From: Chrysemys picta bellii
Taxonomy: Eukaryota
DNA: 64,000 bases
Assembly (NCBI RefSeq): GCF_011386835.1
Contig: NC_088807.1
Location: forward strand, 26,722,001-26,786,000
Direction: 5' to 3'
Below, piece after piece: positions 1 to 12,000 of the stretch (position 1 is its first letter; every line of letters starts with the position of its first letter). Below the pieces are notes generated by a model. The model saw only the letters and a program-made list of their open reading frames with translations, was not told the origin of the DNA and made no database searches. The position numbers and the translations under genes are program-made.

Positions 1-83
1 CCTTCCAGTCCCGGGGGGAGAACCCAGGAGTCCTGGCTCCCAGCCCCAGCGTCCGGCTCCCGCTGTAACCCCGCTGCCCTCAG

Positions 84-3000
84 GTGACGGTGCTGTTCGC
101 GGGGCAGCACATTGCCAAGAGTCCGTTCGAGGTGACGGTGGGGAAATCGCTGGGCGACGCCGGGCGGGTGACGGCCCAGGGGCCCGGCCTGGAGCCCACG
201 GGCAACATCGCCAACAAGGTCACCACCTTCGAGGTTTTCACGGCCGGTGAGTGGGGGGGTGCCAAGGGGTGCCGGGCTGGGGCTGACCCCTCCCTCCCCC
301 AGGCGCGGAGGCGGGCGAGGTGGAGGTGAGGGGGGCTGGGGGATCCCATGGGGGGCTGGGGCTGACCCCTCCCTCCCCCAGGGGCGGGCGAGGGGGAGGT
401 GAGGGGGGCTGGGGGATTCCATGGGGATCAGGGCCGGGTCTGACCCCTCCCTCCCCCGGGGGCGGGCGAGGGGGCGGTGAGGGAGGAGGGCTGGGGGATC
501 CCATGGGGGGCTGGGGCTGACCCCTCCCCCAGGCGAGGGGGAGGTGAAGGGGGCTGGGGGATCCCATGGGGGGGCTGGGCCGGAGCTGACCCCTCCCTCC
601 CCCGGGGGCGGGCGAGGGGGCGGTGAGGGAGGAGGGCTGGGGGATCCCATGGGGGGCTGGGGCTGACCCCTCCCCCAGGCGAGGGGGAGGTGAAGGGGGC
701 TGGGGGATCCCGGGGGGGCTGGGCCGGGGCTGACCCCTCCCTCCTCCAGGCGCGGGGGCGGGCGAGGTGGAGGTGACGGTGGTGGACCCCAGCGGGCGGA
801 AGGGCTCGGTGGAGCAGCAGCTGGAGGACAAGGGCGACAGCACCTACCGGTGCACCTACCGCCCAGGCGCCGAGGGCACCTACACCGTCCACGTGACCTT
901 CGGGGGCGTGCCCATCCCCCGCAGCCCCTACACTGTCGCTGTGGGGCAGGGTGAGCACGGGGGGCCGGGCTGGGCAGGGCGGGTCTCCCACAATGCCCCA
1001 TGTCTGGGGGGGTCTCTGCTGTCTGTCTGTCTCTCTGCCCCCCAGCATGGGGCCCCCAGGGCATCTCGGGGGTTCCCCAAGGATACGGGGGTTCTCTCTC
1101 TCTCTCTGCCCCCTGGCATGGGGGTCTCCCTCGTGGGACATGGGGGGTCCCCTCTCTGTCTGCCCTCCCGGTAACCCCCCTCTCTCTCCTCTCTCCGCTG
1201 CGCTCCCAGCTGTCCTAGCTCTCTCTCTCTCTGTCTGTCTCTCGATGAGCCGCCGCCCCGGATCCTCGGCTGGTGCCCCTCACCCTGGCGCCAGGCCGGA
1301 CCGGCTAATGGTACTGTGTGAGCTTGGGGGCGGGAGGAGGGCTGCGGGCGGGTGTCCCCTTCCCCTGGGAGGGGGGCTGGGGCCCAGAGAGCCTGCATTT
1401 GGGTGGGGGTGGTGTGGCCCTGGACGCCTGGCTCCCTTTTCTCACTGCCTAGCAAATAACCCCAATGCCTGGTGGGGATGGTGTGCACCTGGACGCCTGG
1501 GTCCTTCTCGTTCTCTTTCTCCCCCCTGCTGTGTGTCACTGGGGAGCGGGAGCCCCAGACGCCTGGGTTCCTCTCTCACTTGAGACTGAAACCCCAATGC
1601 CTGGTGGGGGTGGGGGGCACCCGAACGCCTGGGTCCCTCTCACGGTCTGTCTCCCCTCCCCTCCCCCCCAGCCTGTAGCCCCAGTGCCTGCCGGGCCACG
1701 GGCCGGGGGCTGCAGCCCAAGGGGCTCCGGGTGAAGGAGCCGGCGGATTTCAAGGTCTACACGAAAGGCGCTGGCAGTGGGGAGCTCAAGGTCACGGTCA
1801 AGGGCCCAAGTGAGTGGACACCCCCCCGGGGGGGGAGGGGATTGCAGATGGCAATGGGAGGGCTGCCCCATGGAAGGTGGGGGGGGGCTGTGGGGGGCTG
1901 CCCCACACTGACCTGTCTCCCTGCAGAGGGGGTCAGAAAGCGTGAAGCAGAAGGTTCTAGGGGGCCTGTGGTGGGAGGGGCTGCCCCATGGAGGATGGGG
2001 GGCTGTGGGGAGCTGCCCCACACTGACCCAGTCTCCCCACAGAGGGGCCAGAGAGCGCGAAGCAGAAGGATCTAGGGGGCCTGTGGTGGGAGGGGCTGGC
2101 CCATGGAGGGAGGGGCTGTGGGGGGCTGCCCCACACTGACCCTGTCTCCCCACAGAGGGGCCGGAGAGCGTGAAGCAGAAGGATCTGGGCGATGGGGGTT
2201 TTTGCCTTCGAGTATTTCCCCACCCTGCCCGGGAACTACACGGTCACCATCACCTGGGGGGGGCAGCAGGTGCCACGCAGGTGAGCGCCCCGCGGGCTGC
2301 TGGGGGGGCAGACTTGGGGGGGCACAGTGGGGCCTGGTGCATGCTGGGATGGCTGGGGACGGGATGCCCCGGTGCACGCTGAGGGGACTGGGTGGGGACC
2401 CAGGCAATGCCCCAGTGTGGGGGGTGTGTGTGTGATGCCCTGGGGATAGGGACACATGGGGGGGGCGCGGTGCCATGGGGACCCCGTTGTGACCTGCTCT
2501 TCTACCCCCCCCCTCCCCCCCAGCCCGTTTGAGGTGAAGGTCGGCCCTGAGTGCGGCAGCCAGAAGGTCCGGGCCTGGGGGCCGGGGCTGGAGGGCGGCG
2601 TGGTCGGCAAGTCAGCTGACTTCGTGGTGGAGGCCATTGGGGATGACGTGGGCCACGCTGGGTGAGTGGGGAGCTGCGGGGGGGAGCTGGGCAGGTGAGT
2701 CGGGTGGGGGGAGCTGGATTCCCCAATCTTGGTCCCACCCGGGGTGTAAGGTGGGGTGGGGGTCCGGGAAATGCTGGGGAGGCTGCAGTCTTGGTCGGGG
2801 GGGCTGCTTGCTCATGCAGGTCCCCCGGATCTCAATCGGGTGGCAGGGCTTTGGGTGCTGCCGGGATCCCCATCTTGGGGTGGGGGAAGGGCTGGGCGTT
2901 CATTGGGACACCCCCCCCCCCCCCTCCACGGAGGTAGGGGCCGGGGGGCCCTGGGTGGTGGAGGGGGCCGGTCTCCCCTTGGGGCCTGGGTCTGGGGGGC

Positions 3001-6000
3001 GGTGGAAGGGCCGAGAGCCCTGGTCTTAACCCTCTTCCCCCCCCCCCCCCCGACCTCCCCAGGGTTCTCGGTGGAGGGCCCGTCCCAGGCCAGGATCGAG
3101 TGTGACGACCGGGGCGACGGTTCCTGCGACGTGCGCTACTGGCCCCAGGAGCCGGGCGACTACGCCGTGCACGTCCTGTGCAATGGGGCCGACATTCGGC
3201 ACAGCCCCTTCATGGCTGAGATCCGCCCCGCCCCCCGCGACCTGCACCCCGAGAAGGTACTGCCTGGTGAGGGGAATGGGGGGCTGGGGCTGGGAGCCAG
3301 GACTCCTGGGTTCTCTCTCCGGCTCGGGGAGGGGAGCGGGGCCCACAGCTGATAGTGGGGCTGACATGAGGGCAGGGTCCCCTCTCACCTGCGCCCCCCT
3401 CCCCCCTCAGGTGAAAGCCCACGGGCCTGGGCTGGAGAAGACGGGTGTTGCCATCAACAAACCGGCCGAGTTCACAGTGGATGCCAAGAATGGTGGGAAG
3501 GCCCCTCTGAAGGTCCAGGTGCAGGTGAGGAGAGGGGGCTGCCAGATTGGGGTGGCCCAGGGCTGGGGGGCAGGGCAGGTCAGCGTGGCTGTGTACAGAT
3601 GGGGTGGCTAGGTGCATCCTGGCGGAGGTGCCAAGTGTGGGACTGGGGGCTTGACCCCACTCTGCCTTCAAGACGCGGAGGGCACCCGAGGGTGGGGAGC
3701 TGGGGGCCGGCTGGCGGCTGACCCGCTCTGTCCCCCCGGGGAGGAGGGAGGGCTGGGGGCCGGCTGGCGGCTGACCCGCTCTGCCCCCCCCCCCCGGGGA
3801 GGAGGGAGGGCTGGGGGCCGGCTGGCGGCTGACCCGCTCTGTCCCCCCCGGGGAGGAGGGAGGGCTGGGGGCCGGCTGGCGGCTGACCCGCTCTGTCCCC
3901 CCGGGGAGGAGGGAGGGCTGGGGGCCGGCTGGCGGCTGACCCGCTCTGTCCCCCCCGGGGAGGAGGGAGGGCTGGGGCCGGCTGGCGGCTGACCCGCTCT
4001 GCCCCCAGGATGCAGAGGGCTCCCCGGTGGATGTGGCAGTGAAGGACAACGGCAACGGCACCTACAGCTGCTCCTATGTGCCCAAGAAGCCGGTGAAACA
4101 CACGGCCATGGTGTCCTGGGGGGGCGTCAACATCCCCAACAGCCCCTACCGGGTGAGTGCCCCCAGTGCCCCATGGGGGGGGACCCTCTGCTGGGAGCTG
4201 GGGGGGGGCGTGTCCCACAATGCCCTGGGGCGGGGCGGGGGGGGCACATGTCCCACAATGCCCTGGGCTGGGGGGGGCGGGCGGGCAGGCACATGTCCCA
4301 CAATGCCCTGGGGGGGGGCGGGCGGGCACATGTCCCACAATGCCCTGGGGATGGGGTGGGGGGGTTGCCCATGGTAACAGATTGGGCCTAGTGATCCCAA
4401 GCCAGACCTTGACTATACAGGGATTTTGTCCCACAATGCACTGGGGTGGGGTGTGTCCCACAATGCACTGGGGCTGGGGGGGGTTGCCCATGGTAACAGG
4501 CTGGGCCTAGTGATCCCAGGCCCGGATTATACAGGGATTTTGTCCCATAATGCAGTGGGCTGGGGGGGGGGTTTCCCAGGAGCACATGTCCCATAATGCA
4601 CTGGGGGGGGGGGTTACCTAGGGTTACCATATGTCCTCTTTTTCCCGGACATGTCCGCTTTTCGGCACTCAAACCCCTGTCCGGGGGGAATTGCCAAAAA
4701 GCCGAACATGTCCGGGAAAATGGCGGCTCTGCTCCTCCCCCGACTCTTCGGCTCTGTTTAAGAGCCGAGCGCTACGGGCTTCGGGCAGCCCCCCCTGCCT
4801 CCAGACCCTGCGCCGCCGGAGCCCGGGAGGGGAAGCGCCGGCCGGGGGCGCAGGGTCTGGGGGCTGCCCGGCAAACCCTGAAGCCGGGTAGCGCTGGGGC
4901 AGCCCTTTCCCCCTGGCTGGGAGTGGGAGGGAGGAGGGGGCGGAGTTAGGGTGGGGAAGGGGCGGAGTTGGGACAGGCTGGGGGTGGGGAAATGGGCGGG
5001 GCCAGGGCCTATGGAGGGTCCTCTTTTTTAATTTAATAGATATGGTAACCCTAGGTTACCCATGGTAACAGGTTGGGCCTAGTGATCCCAGGCCTTGGCC
5101 ATAATGCACCAGACACTGGGGCCCGGTGGCCCAGCCGGGCCTGCCACCAGAGTGGGGGTGACTTGCTGAAATAGCCCCCTCACATTGTCCGCCTCCCTCT
5201 GCACTGAGACCCTGGGATGGCCCGGACTCCTGGGTTCTCTCCCTGGCTCTGGGAGGGGAGGGGGGGCCTGGTGGGTCAGAGCAGGGGGGGGCTGGGAGCC
5301 AGGGACTCCTGGGTTCTCTCCCTGGCTCTGGGGAGGGGAGGGGGGGGGGCCTGGTGGGTCAGAGCAGGGGGGGGGCTGGGAGCCAGGACTCCTGGGTTCT
5401 CTCCCTGGCTCTGGGAAGGGAGTGGGGGGCTGGTGGTCAGAGCGGGGGGCTGGGAGCCAGGACACCTGGGTTTTCTCCCTGGCTCTGGGGCGGGGGCAAT
5501 GAGATGTTGGGGGGGGGGGGGGCTGTTTGTGTATTACAGCAGCAATAGGCATTATAATGCCAAGCACACACACACACACCCCGACCCTGTAGCTGGGGCC
5601 TTCTGTGGTGCTGGCCCCAGGTGAAGATCTCAGTGGGGGGACCCCCATCTGACCTGTCCCTTCCCCCCCCAGGTGAACGTGGGGGCTGGCAGCCACCCCC
5701 ACAAGGTGAAGGTGTACGGCCCCCGGCGTGGCCAAGACGGGGCTCAAGGCCCACGAACCCACCTACTTCACTGTGGACTGTGCCGAGGCTGGGCAGGGTG
5801 AGTGCCGGGGAGGGCCTCGGGGCTGGGGTGTGTGTGTGTGGGCTGGGAGCCTCTGGAGGGGAGCCTGGTTCCGGGGGTGGGGGGCTGGGGGCCTCTGGAG
5901 GGGAGCCGGGTTCCTGGAGCCAGGCTGGGGGGGTTGGGGGCAGGCTGTGGGGTGGTAGCTGAGGGGCTCTAACGTGTCTCCCCCACCCCCCCCCACATAG

Positions 6001-9000
6001 GGGGAGTTGTGGGGGGTGGGTTGGCGATTTGAGGGTGACCCGGGCATGGCAGAGGTCGGCGGGGGGCAGGGCAGGGGGGCTGTGCGGGGAGCTGACGGCT
6101 CTGCTGGGTTCCCCCCCCGCCCAGGTGATGTGAGCATTGGGATCAAGTGTGCCCCGGGCGTGGTGGGGCCGGCCGAGGCCGACATTGACTTCGACATCAT
6201 CCGCAACGACAACGACACGTTCACCGTGCGCTACACGCCGCGCGGGCCTGGCACCTACACCNNNNNNNNNNGGGGGGGGGCGCATGGCTTCTGACTCCCT
6301 GCTACCTCCTTAGGCCACCCCCACCAGCCCCATCCGCATCAAGGTCGACCCATCCCACGACGCCAGCAAGGTCAAGGCCGAAGGGCCTGGGCTGAACCGG
6401 ACTGGTGAGTTTGTGGGGCAGGGGACTGGTCTGGGCAAGGGAGGAAATTCTGACTTGGCATGGGGGACGCAGGCAGTGGGGGGGGGGTGGAGAGGGAAGG
6501 GGGACGGAGGGGGAAGGGGGGATGAGGCAGTGGGGGCGGATGGATGGAGAAGGGGGGGTGCAGGCAGCCGGGGGGGACTGATAGAGGGGAAGGGGGGGGC
6601 GCAGGCAGCCGGGGAGGACGGAGGGGAAAGGGGGGCAAATACATCCACTGACACCATGGGTCCCCACCCCACCTCCCGGCAGGCGTGGAACTGGGCAAGC
6701 CCACCCACTTTACGGTGAATGCCAAGGCAGGGGGCCGGGCGCCCCTGGACGTGCAGTTCACCGGCCCGGCCAAGGGCGAGGTCGTGCGGGACTCTGAGGT
6801 GATCGACAACCACGATGGGACCCACACAGTGAAATACACCCCTGTGCAGCAGGTACGAGGGGGGGCCCCGGCCCCATCCCCCTGAGCTGGCAGGGCCTGG
6901 CTCTCTGGGGTGCCTCTCTCCCCGGGTCCCTCCAGGCCTGGGCTGGGCTCCATCTCCCCTTGCAGGGTATCCCGGGCTCCCAGCCCATCTCGGGGGTGCA
7001 CTCTCCCAGGGGGGTTAAACTCTGCGCTTCTCTGAGCCTCCAGCAGCCTGGCTCTGCCGTCGGCCCCCTCAGGGAATCCCCTCGCTCTGGTCTCTGCTCC
7101 CTCTGGGGGTGAGGGTCCCGATGTGGCCCCCGATCTCTACCCTGCAGGGACTTTCAGCCAACGTTACACAGAAGGGTTGCCCCGGCCATCAGTGGCCAGG
7201 CGACAGTGACCAGCCATTGTCTGTGCCTGTCGCAGTCACACCTGCCCCTCTAAGGGTTGCTGCGACGGTCATACCCCTTCGTCCCACCACCAAGAGACTT
7301 GAGTAACACCTGGGGAAACTGAGGCACGCACACGGTGTTCAGAGAAAACGAAACAAACCTTCCCGCTTCGTCACGCAGGGTAACCTGGGGTGTGGCGGTG
7401 ACTTACGGCGGAGACCACATCCCCAAAAGCCCTTCAGCGTGGGCGTGGCCCCCAGCCTGGACCTCGGCAAGATCAAGATCACCGGCCTGGCTGACAGTGC
7501 GTACCCGGGCGGGGAGGGCTGGGCCTCCTGACCCAGCGAAGGGGACAAACACGGCATTTGGGGACCGGAGGGGGGGAGCTCGGGGTCGAGCCTGCCCCAT
7601 GCCAGGCTGCAGCTAAGGGGGCGGAGCGCGGTGCTGGTGGGGGGGCTGGGGAGAACCTGGCTCCTATATGGAGCAGTGACATCTGACAGCGGGCGGGGTG
7701 GGGGCCCATGGTGGGGCGGGAGGGGGCTCCGGACATGCCTGGTTCCGGGCTCAGGGCTCTTCCTCTCTGTGCAGAAGTTGAGGCGGGCAAGGACCAGGAG
7801 TTCACGGTCAAGTCCAAGGGGGCCGGCGGACAGGGCAAGGTGGGCCGCAAAGATCACGGGGCCGGCGGGCAAGTCGGTGCCCTGCAAGGTGGAGCCGGGC
7901 CTGAGCCCCGACAACAACGTGGTGAAATTCATCCCCCGCGAGGAGGGGCCCTACGAGGTTCAGGTGACCTACGACGGAGCCCCCGTGCCTGGCAGCCCCT
8001 TCCCTGTGGAGGCCGTGCCCCCCACCAACCCCTCCAAGGTGGGTGTCCCCTGCTACCCCCCATGGGCAGCGCTGCCGGGGGGACCTGTGGGGTGGGACAC
8101 CCCACACCCATTTGCTGGGGGGCTAGAGTCCTTCCCCTGCCCAAAGGTGAAGGCTGGGGGGAGGTGGGTTGGGGGTCCGTGCTAGGCAGACGGGTACCTG
8201 GCAAGATGAGTGTGGGCCGAGGCATTAGCAAGGCAGGTGGGGCGTGAATGGGTACCCGGCGAGGGGCGGGGCCTTGGCAAGGCGGGTGGTGCTCGGGTGG
8301 GTGGGTACCTGGCGAGGCACTGGGGGGCGGTGCTATGGCAGGCGGGTACCCTGTGAGCTCAGGGCCCCTCACTCCGCCCTCTCCCCGCAGGTGAAGGCCT
8401 ACGGGCCGGGGCTGCAGGGCGGCCAGGCTGGCTTGCCCGCCCCCTTCACCATTGACACGAAGGGGGCCGGCACGGGGGGCCTGGGGCTGACGGTGGAGGG
8501 TCCCTGCGAGGCCAAGATCGAGTGCCTGGACAACGGGGACAGTACCTGCTCTGTCTCCTACCTGCCGACGGAGCCGGGCGACTACAACATCAATATCCTG
8601 TTCGCGGGCACCCATGTGCCCGGCTCGCCCTTCCGAGCGGCCGTCCAACCCCGCTTCGACCCCTCCAAGGTGACCTGCTCGGGGCCAGGGCTGGAACGGG
8701 CCACGGCCGGCCAGACGGGCCAGTTCCACGTGGACTGTTCACGGGCCGGCAGCGCCGAGCTCACCATTGAGATAATCTCGGAGGGCGGGGCGCAGGCCGA
8801 GGTGCGGGTGCAGGACAACGGCGATGGGACCTACACCATCGCCTACACCCCGCTCTGCTCCGGCACCTACACCATCACCATCAAGTACGGCGGGCAGCCC
8901 GTGCCCCACTTCCCCAGCACGCTGCAGGTGGAGCCGGCCCTCGACACCTCCGGGGTCAAGGTCTACGGGCCCGGCGTGGATGGTGACGGTCAGTGGGAGC

Positions 9001-12000
9001 AGGGGATGGGGCTTAGGGTGCAGGGGGCTGGGGATGGGGGGATGTAGGGGATGGGGGGCACTGGGGGATGGGTCCAGCGTGGACAGTGAAGGTCAGCGGG
9101 GCACACGAGATGGAAGGTGCAGAGGGACGGGGGGGTGCAGGGGTTGGGGATGGGGGGCACTGGGGGGACGGGCTCGGCGTGGATGGGGAACATCAGCGGG
9201 CCTCGGGGTGCTGTGGGGGGTAGCAAAGGGGTATGGGTCTGGGACAGGGGTGATGGTCTGACAGGCACAGGGAGGCAAAGATCAGCTGGTGGAAGGGGGC
9301 AGGGGTCTGCAGGGACAGATGCATGGGGATGGGCGTGATGGGGGATGGGCCCGGCGGAGTGGGGGGCAGGGGTAATTCCTGGGGGGCCCAGCTGGGGGGG
9401 CCTGGCCCGCGGCCTGACCCCTGTTTACCCCCCCCCCCGCCCCCCTCGGTGCAGGCGTGTTCCGGGAGGCCACGACAGATTTCAGCGTGGACGCCCGGGC
9501 GCTGGGGACAGCTGGTGGGCCCCACGTGAAAACCCGGGTGTCCAACCCCTCGGGGAACCTGACCGAGGCCTTTGTGCAGGACCTGGGCGACGGCACGTAC
9601 CGTGTGGAGTACACCCCCTACGAGGAGGGTGAGCCAGGGGCCGGGGCATGGGGGGAGGGGAGCAGGGGTGGGACGGAGCCCTGACCCCACCCTCTCCTCT
9701 CCTCTCCTTCCTCCCCCCCCCCGGCAGGCGTCCACTCCGTTGACGTGACCTACGACGGGAGTCCTGTGCCCAACAGCCCCTTCCGGGTGCCGGTCACCGA
9801 GGGCTGCGACCCCACCCGGGTCCGAGTGCACGGGCCAGGCCTCCAGAGCGGCACCACCAACCAACCCAATCGCTTCACGTGGAGACCAGGTCAGGGGCCG
9901 GGGGGCCTGGCCCCGCTCAGGGGTCCCATCTCGGGGGGGACGCGTTGGCACCGCTCTGGGGTCATGGGGGGGAGGGGGAGCTTGGGGGGGGGGGGGTGTC
10001 GCGGGGGGGACGTTGGTACCGCTTGGGGGGGAGGGGGGCATTGGCATCGCTCAGGGGGGTTGCAGGGGCCTTGGCGCTGCTCGGGGGTCCTGGCTCGGGG
10101 GGTTGTAGGATGGGGGGGGGGGGGCCTTGGCACCGCTCGGGGGGGGGTTTGCGGGGGCCTTGGCACTGTTCAGGGGTTCCGGCTCGGGGGAGGGGGGTCC
10201 CGGGGGAGAGGAAGAGGAGCGCTGGCACCACTCTGGGGTCGTGGGGGGGGGGGGAAGGACGGGGGGCATTGGCACCACTCTGGGGTCCCCGCTTGGGGGG
10301 AGGTTCTGGGGGGAAGGAGGGGGGGCGCTGGCACTGCTCCAGAGTCCCGGGGGGGGGCGCATTGGCACCGCTCAGGCTCTCTGCCCTGAGTGGCTGAGCC
10401 CCATTGTGCTGCTCTCTCATCCCCCCCCCTCCTTCTCCCCCAGGGGTGCCGGCACAGGGGGCCTGGGCCTGGCCGTGGAGGGCCCCTCCGAAGCCAAGAT
10501 GTCCTGCACTGATAACAAGGACGGTAGCTGCTCGGTGGAATACGTCCCCTACGAACCCGGCACCTACAGCCTCAACGTCACCTACGGCGGGCACCAGGTG
10601 CCAGGTATGGGGGCAGGGTGTGGGGCTGGGCCGTGGGGCACCGAGGGCGGGGCGAAGCTTAGTCTGTGTGAGTGAGGACTGGCCCGCAGTGGGTCTGGGT
10701 GAGGGGGCAGGACCTGGGCTGTGGGTGCCCTGCAGGCAGGTGATGTGAGGGGCTGGGGGTGCCGCAGGGGCAGGGCTGGGGGCATGGCCTCAGTTTCCCC
10801 CTATTTCCCCCCCCCCCTCCCCGGCAGGGAGCCCCTTCCAGGTGCCGGTGCACGATGTGGTGGACTCATCCAAGGTGCTGTGCTCGGGGCCAGGACTGAC
10901 GCCGGGCGTCGTGCGGGCCAGCGTACCCCAGACCTTCTCCGTCGACACCAGCCAGGCGGGCGTGGCCCCCCTGCAGGTCAAGGTGCAGGGCCCCAAAGGT
11001 GAGTGCCTGCTGCTGGCGGGGGGGAGGAAAAGGGGAAACTGAGGCCCGGCCCGGACCCCCTGATCCCCAGCATCTCCCTCCCCCAGGCGTGGTGGAGCCG
11101 GTGGAGGTGGTGGACAATGCCGACGGCACCCAGACGGTGAGCTACGTGCCCAGCCGTGAGGGACCCTACAGCATCGCCGTGCACTACGGAGACCAGGAAG
11201 TGCCACGCAGGTACGGGGGGTGCTGGCCAGACGGCTTGTGCTGCTTGGGGGAGGTGGGACTGGTGGGATCTATAGGGGGTGAGGCCAGGGCACCATGCCC
11301 AAGAAAGAGGCTGGGAGTTGGGGCAGCAGGACCAGGCTGGCCTGGGTGTAGGGAGCCAGGCATGGGCACAGAGGGGTGGCCATCCAGCAGAGACCTCGTC
11401 CCCACTCCAGAGGGGAGCAGTGGGGCCACGGCCTCCCCCCCCGGCCGGCACTGACCCCCTCCCCCCGACCTCCCTCCTCCAGCCCCTTCAAGGTGAAGGT
11501 TCTGCCCACACATGACGCCAGCAAAGTGAAGGCCAGCGGCCCGGGGCTCACACCACCGGGGTCCCGGCCAGCCTGCCTGTGGAGTTCACCATTGACGCCA
11601 AGGACGCCGGCGAGGGGCTGCTGGCCGTGCAGATCACGGTGAGCGGGCGGGAAGGGGCTGCCGGAGGGTGGGGAGGGGGGTCTGTTCTGTTCATCGCCCC
11701 CGGGACGCCGGGGAGGGGCTGCTGGTGGTGCAGATCACGGTGAGCGGGCGGGAAGGGGCTGCCGGAGGGTGGGGAGGGGGGTCTGTTCTGTTCATCGCCC
11801 CCAGGACGCCGGCGAGGGGCTGCTGGCCGTGCAGATCACGGTGAGCGGGCGGTAAGGGGTTGCCGGAGGGTTGGGAGGGGTGTCTGTTCTCTGTTCATTC
11901 CCCCCCGACGCCCCCAGGACGCCGGCGAGGGGCTGCTGGCCGTGCAGATCACGGTGAGCGGGAGAGGGCTGCCTGCAGCAGGGGAGCTGTGGGGGGGGGG

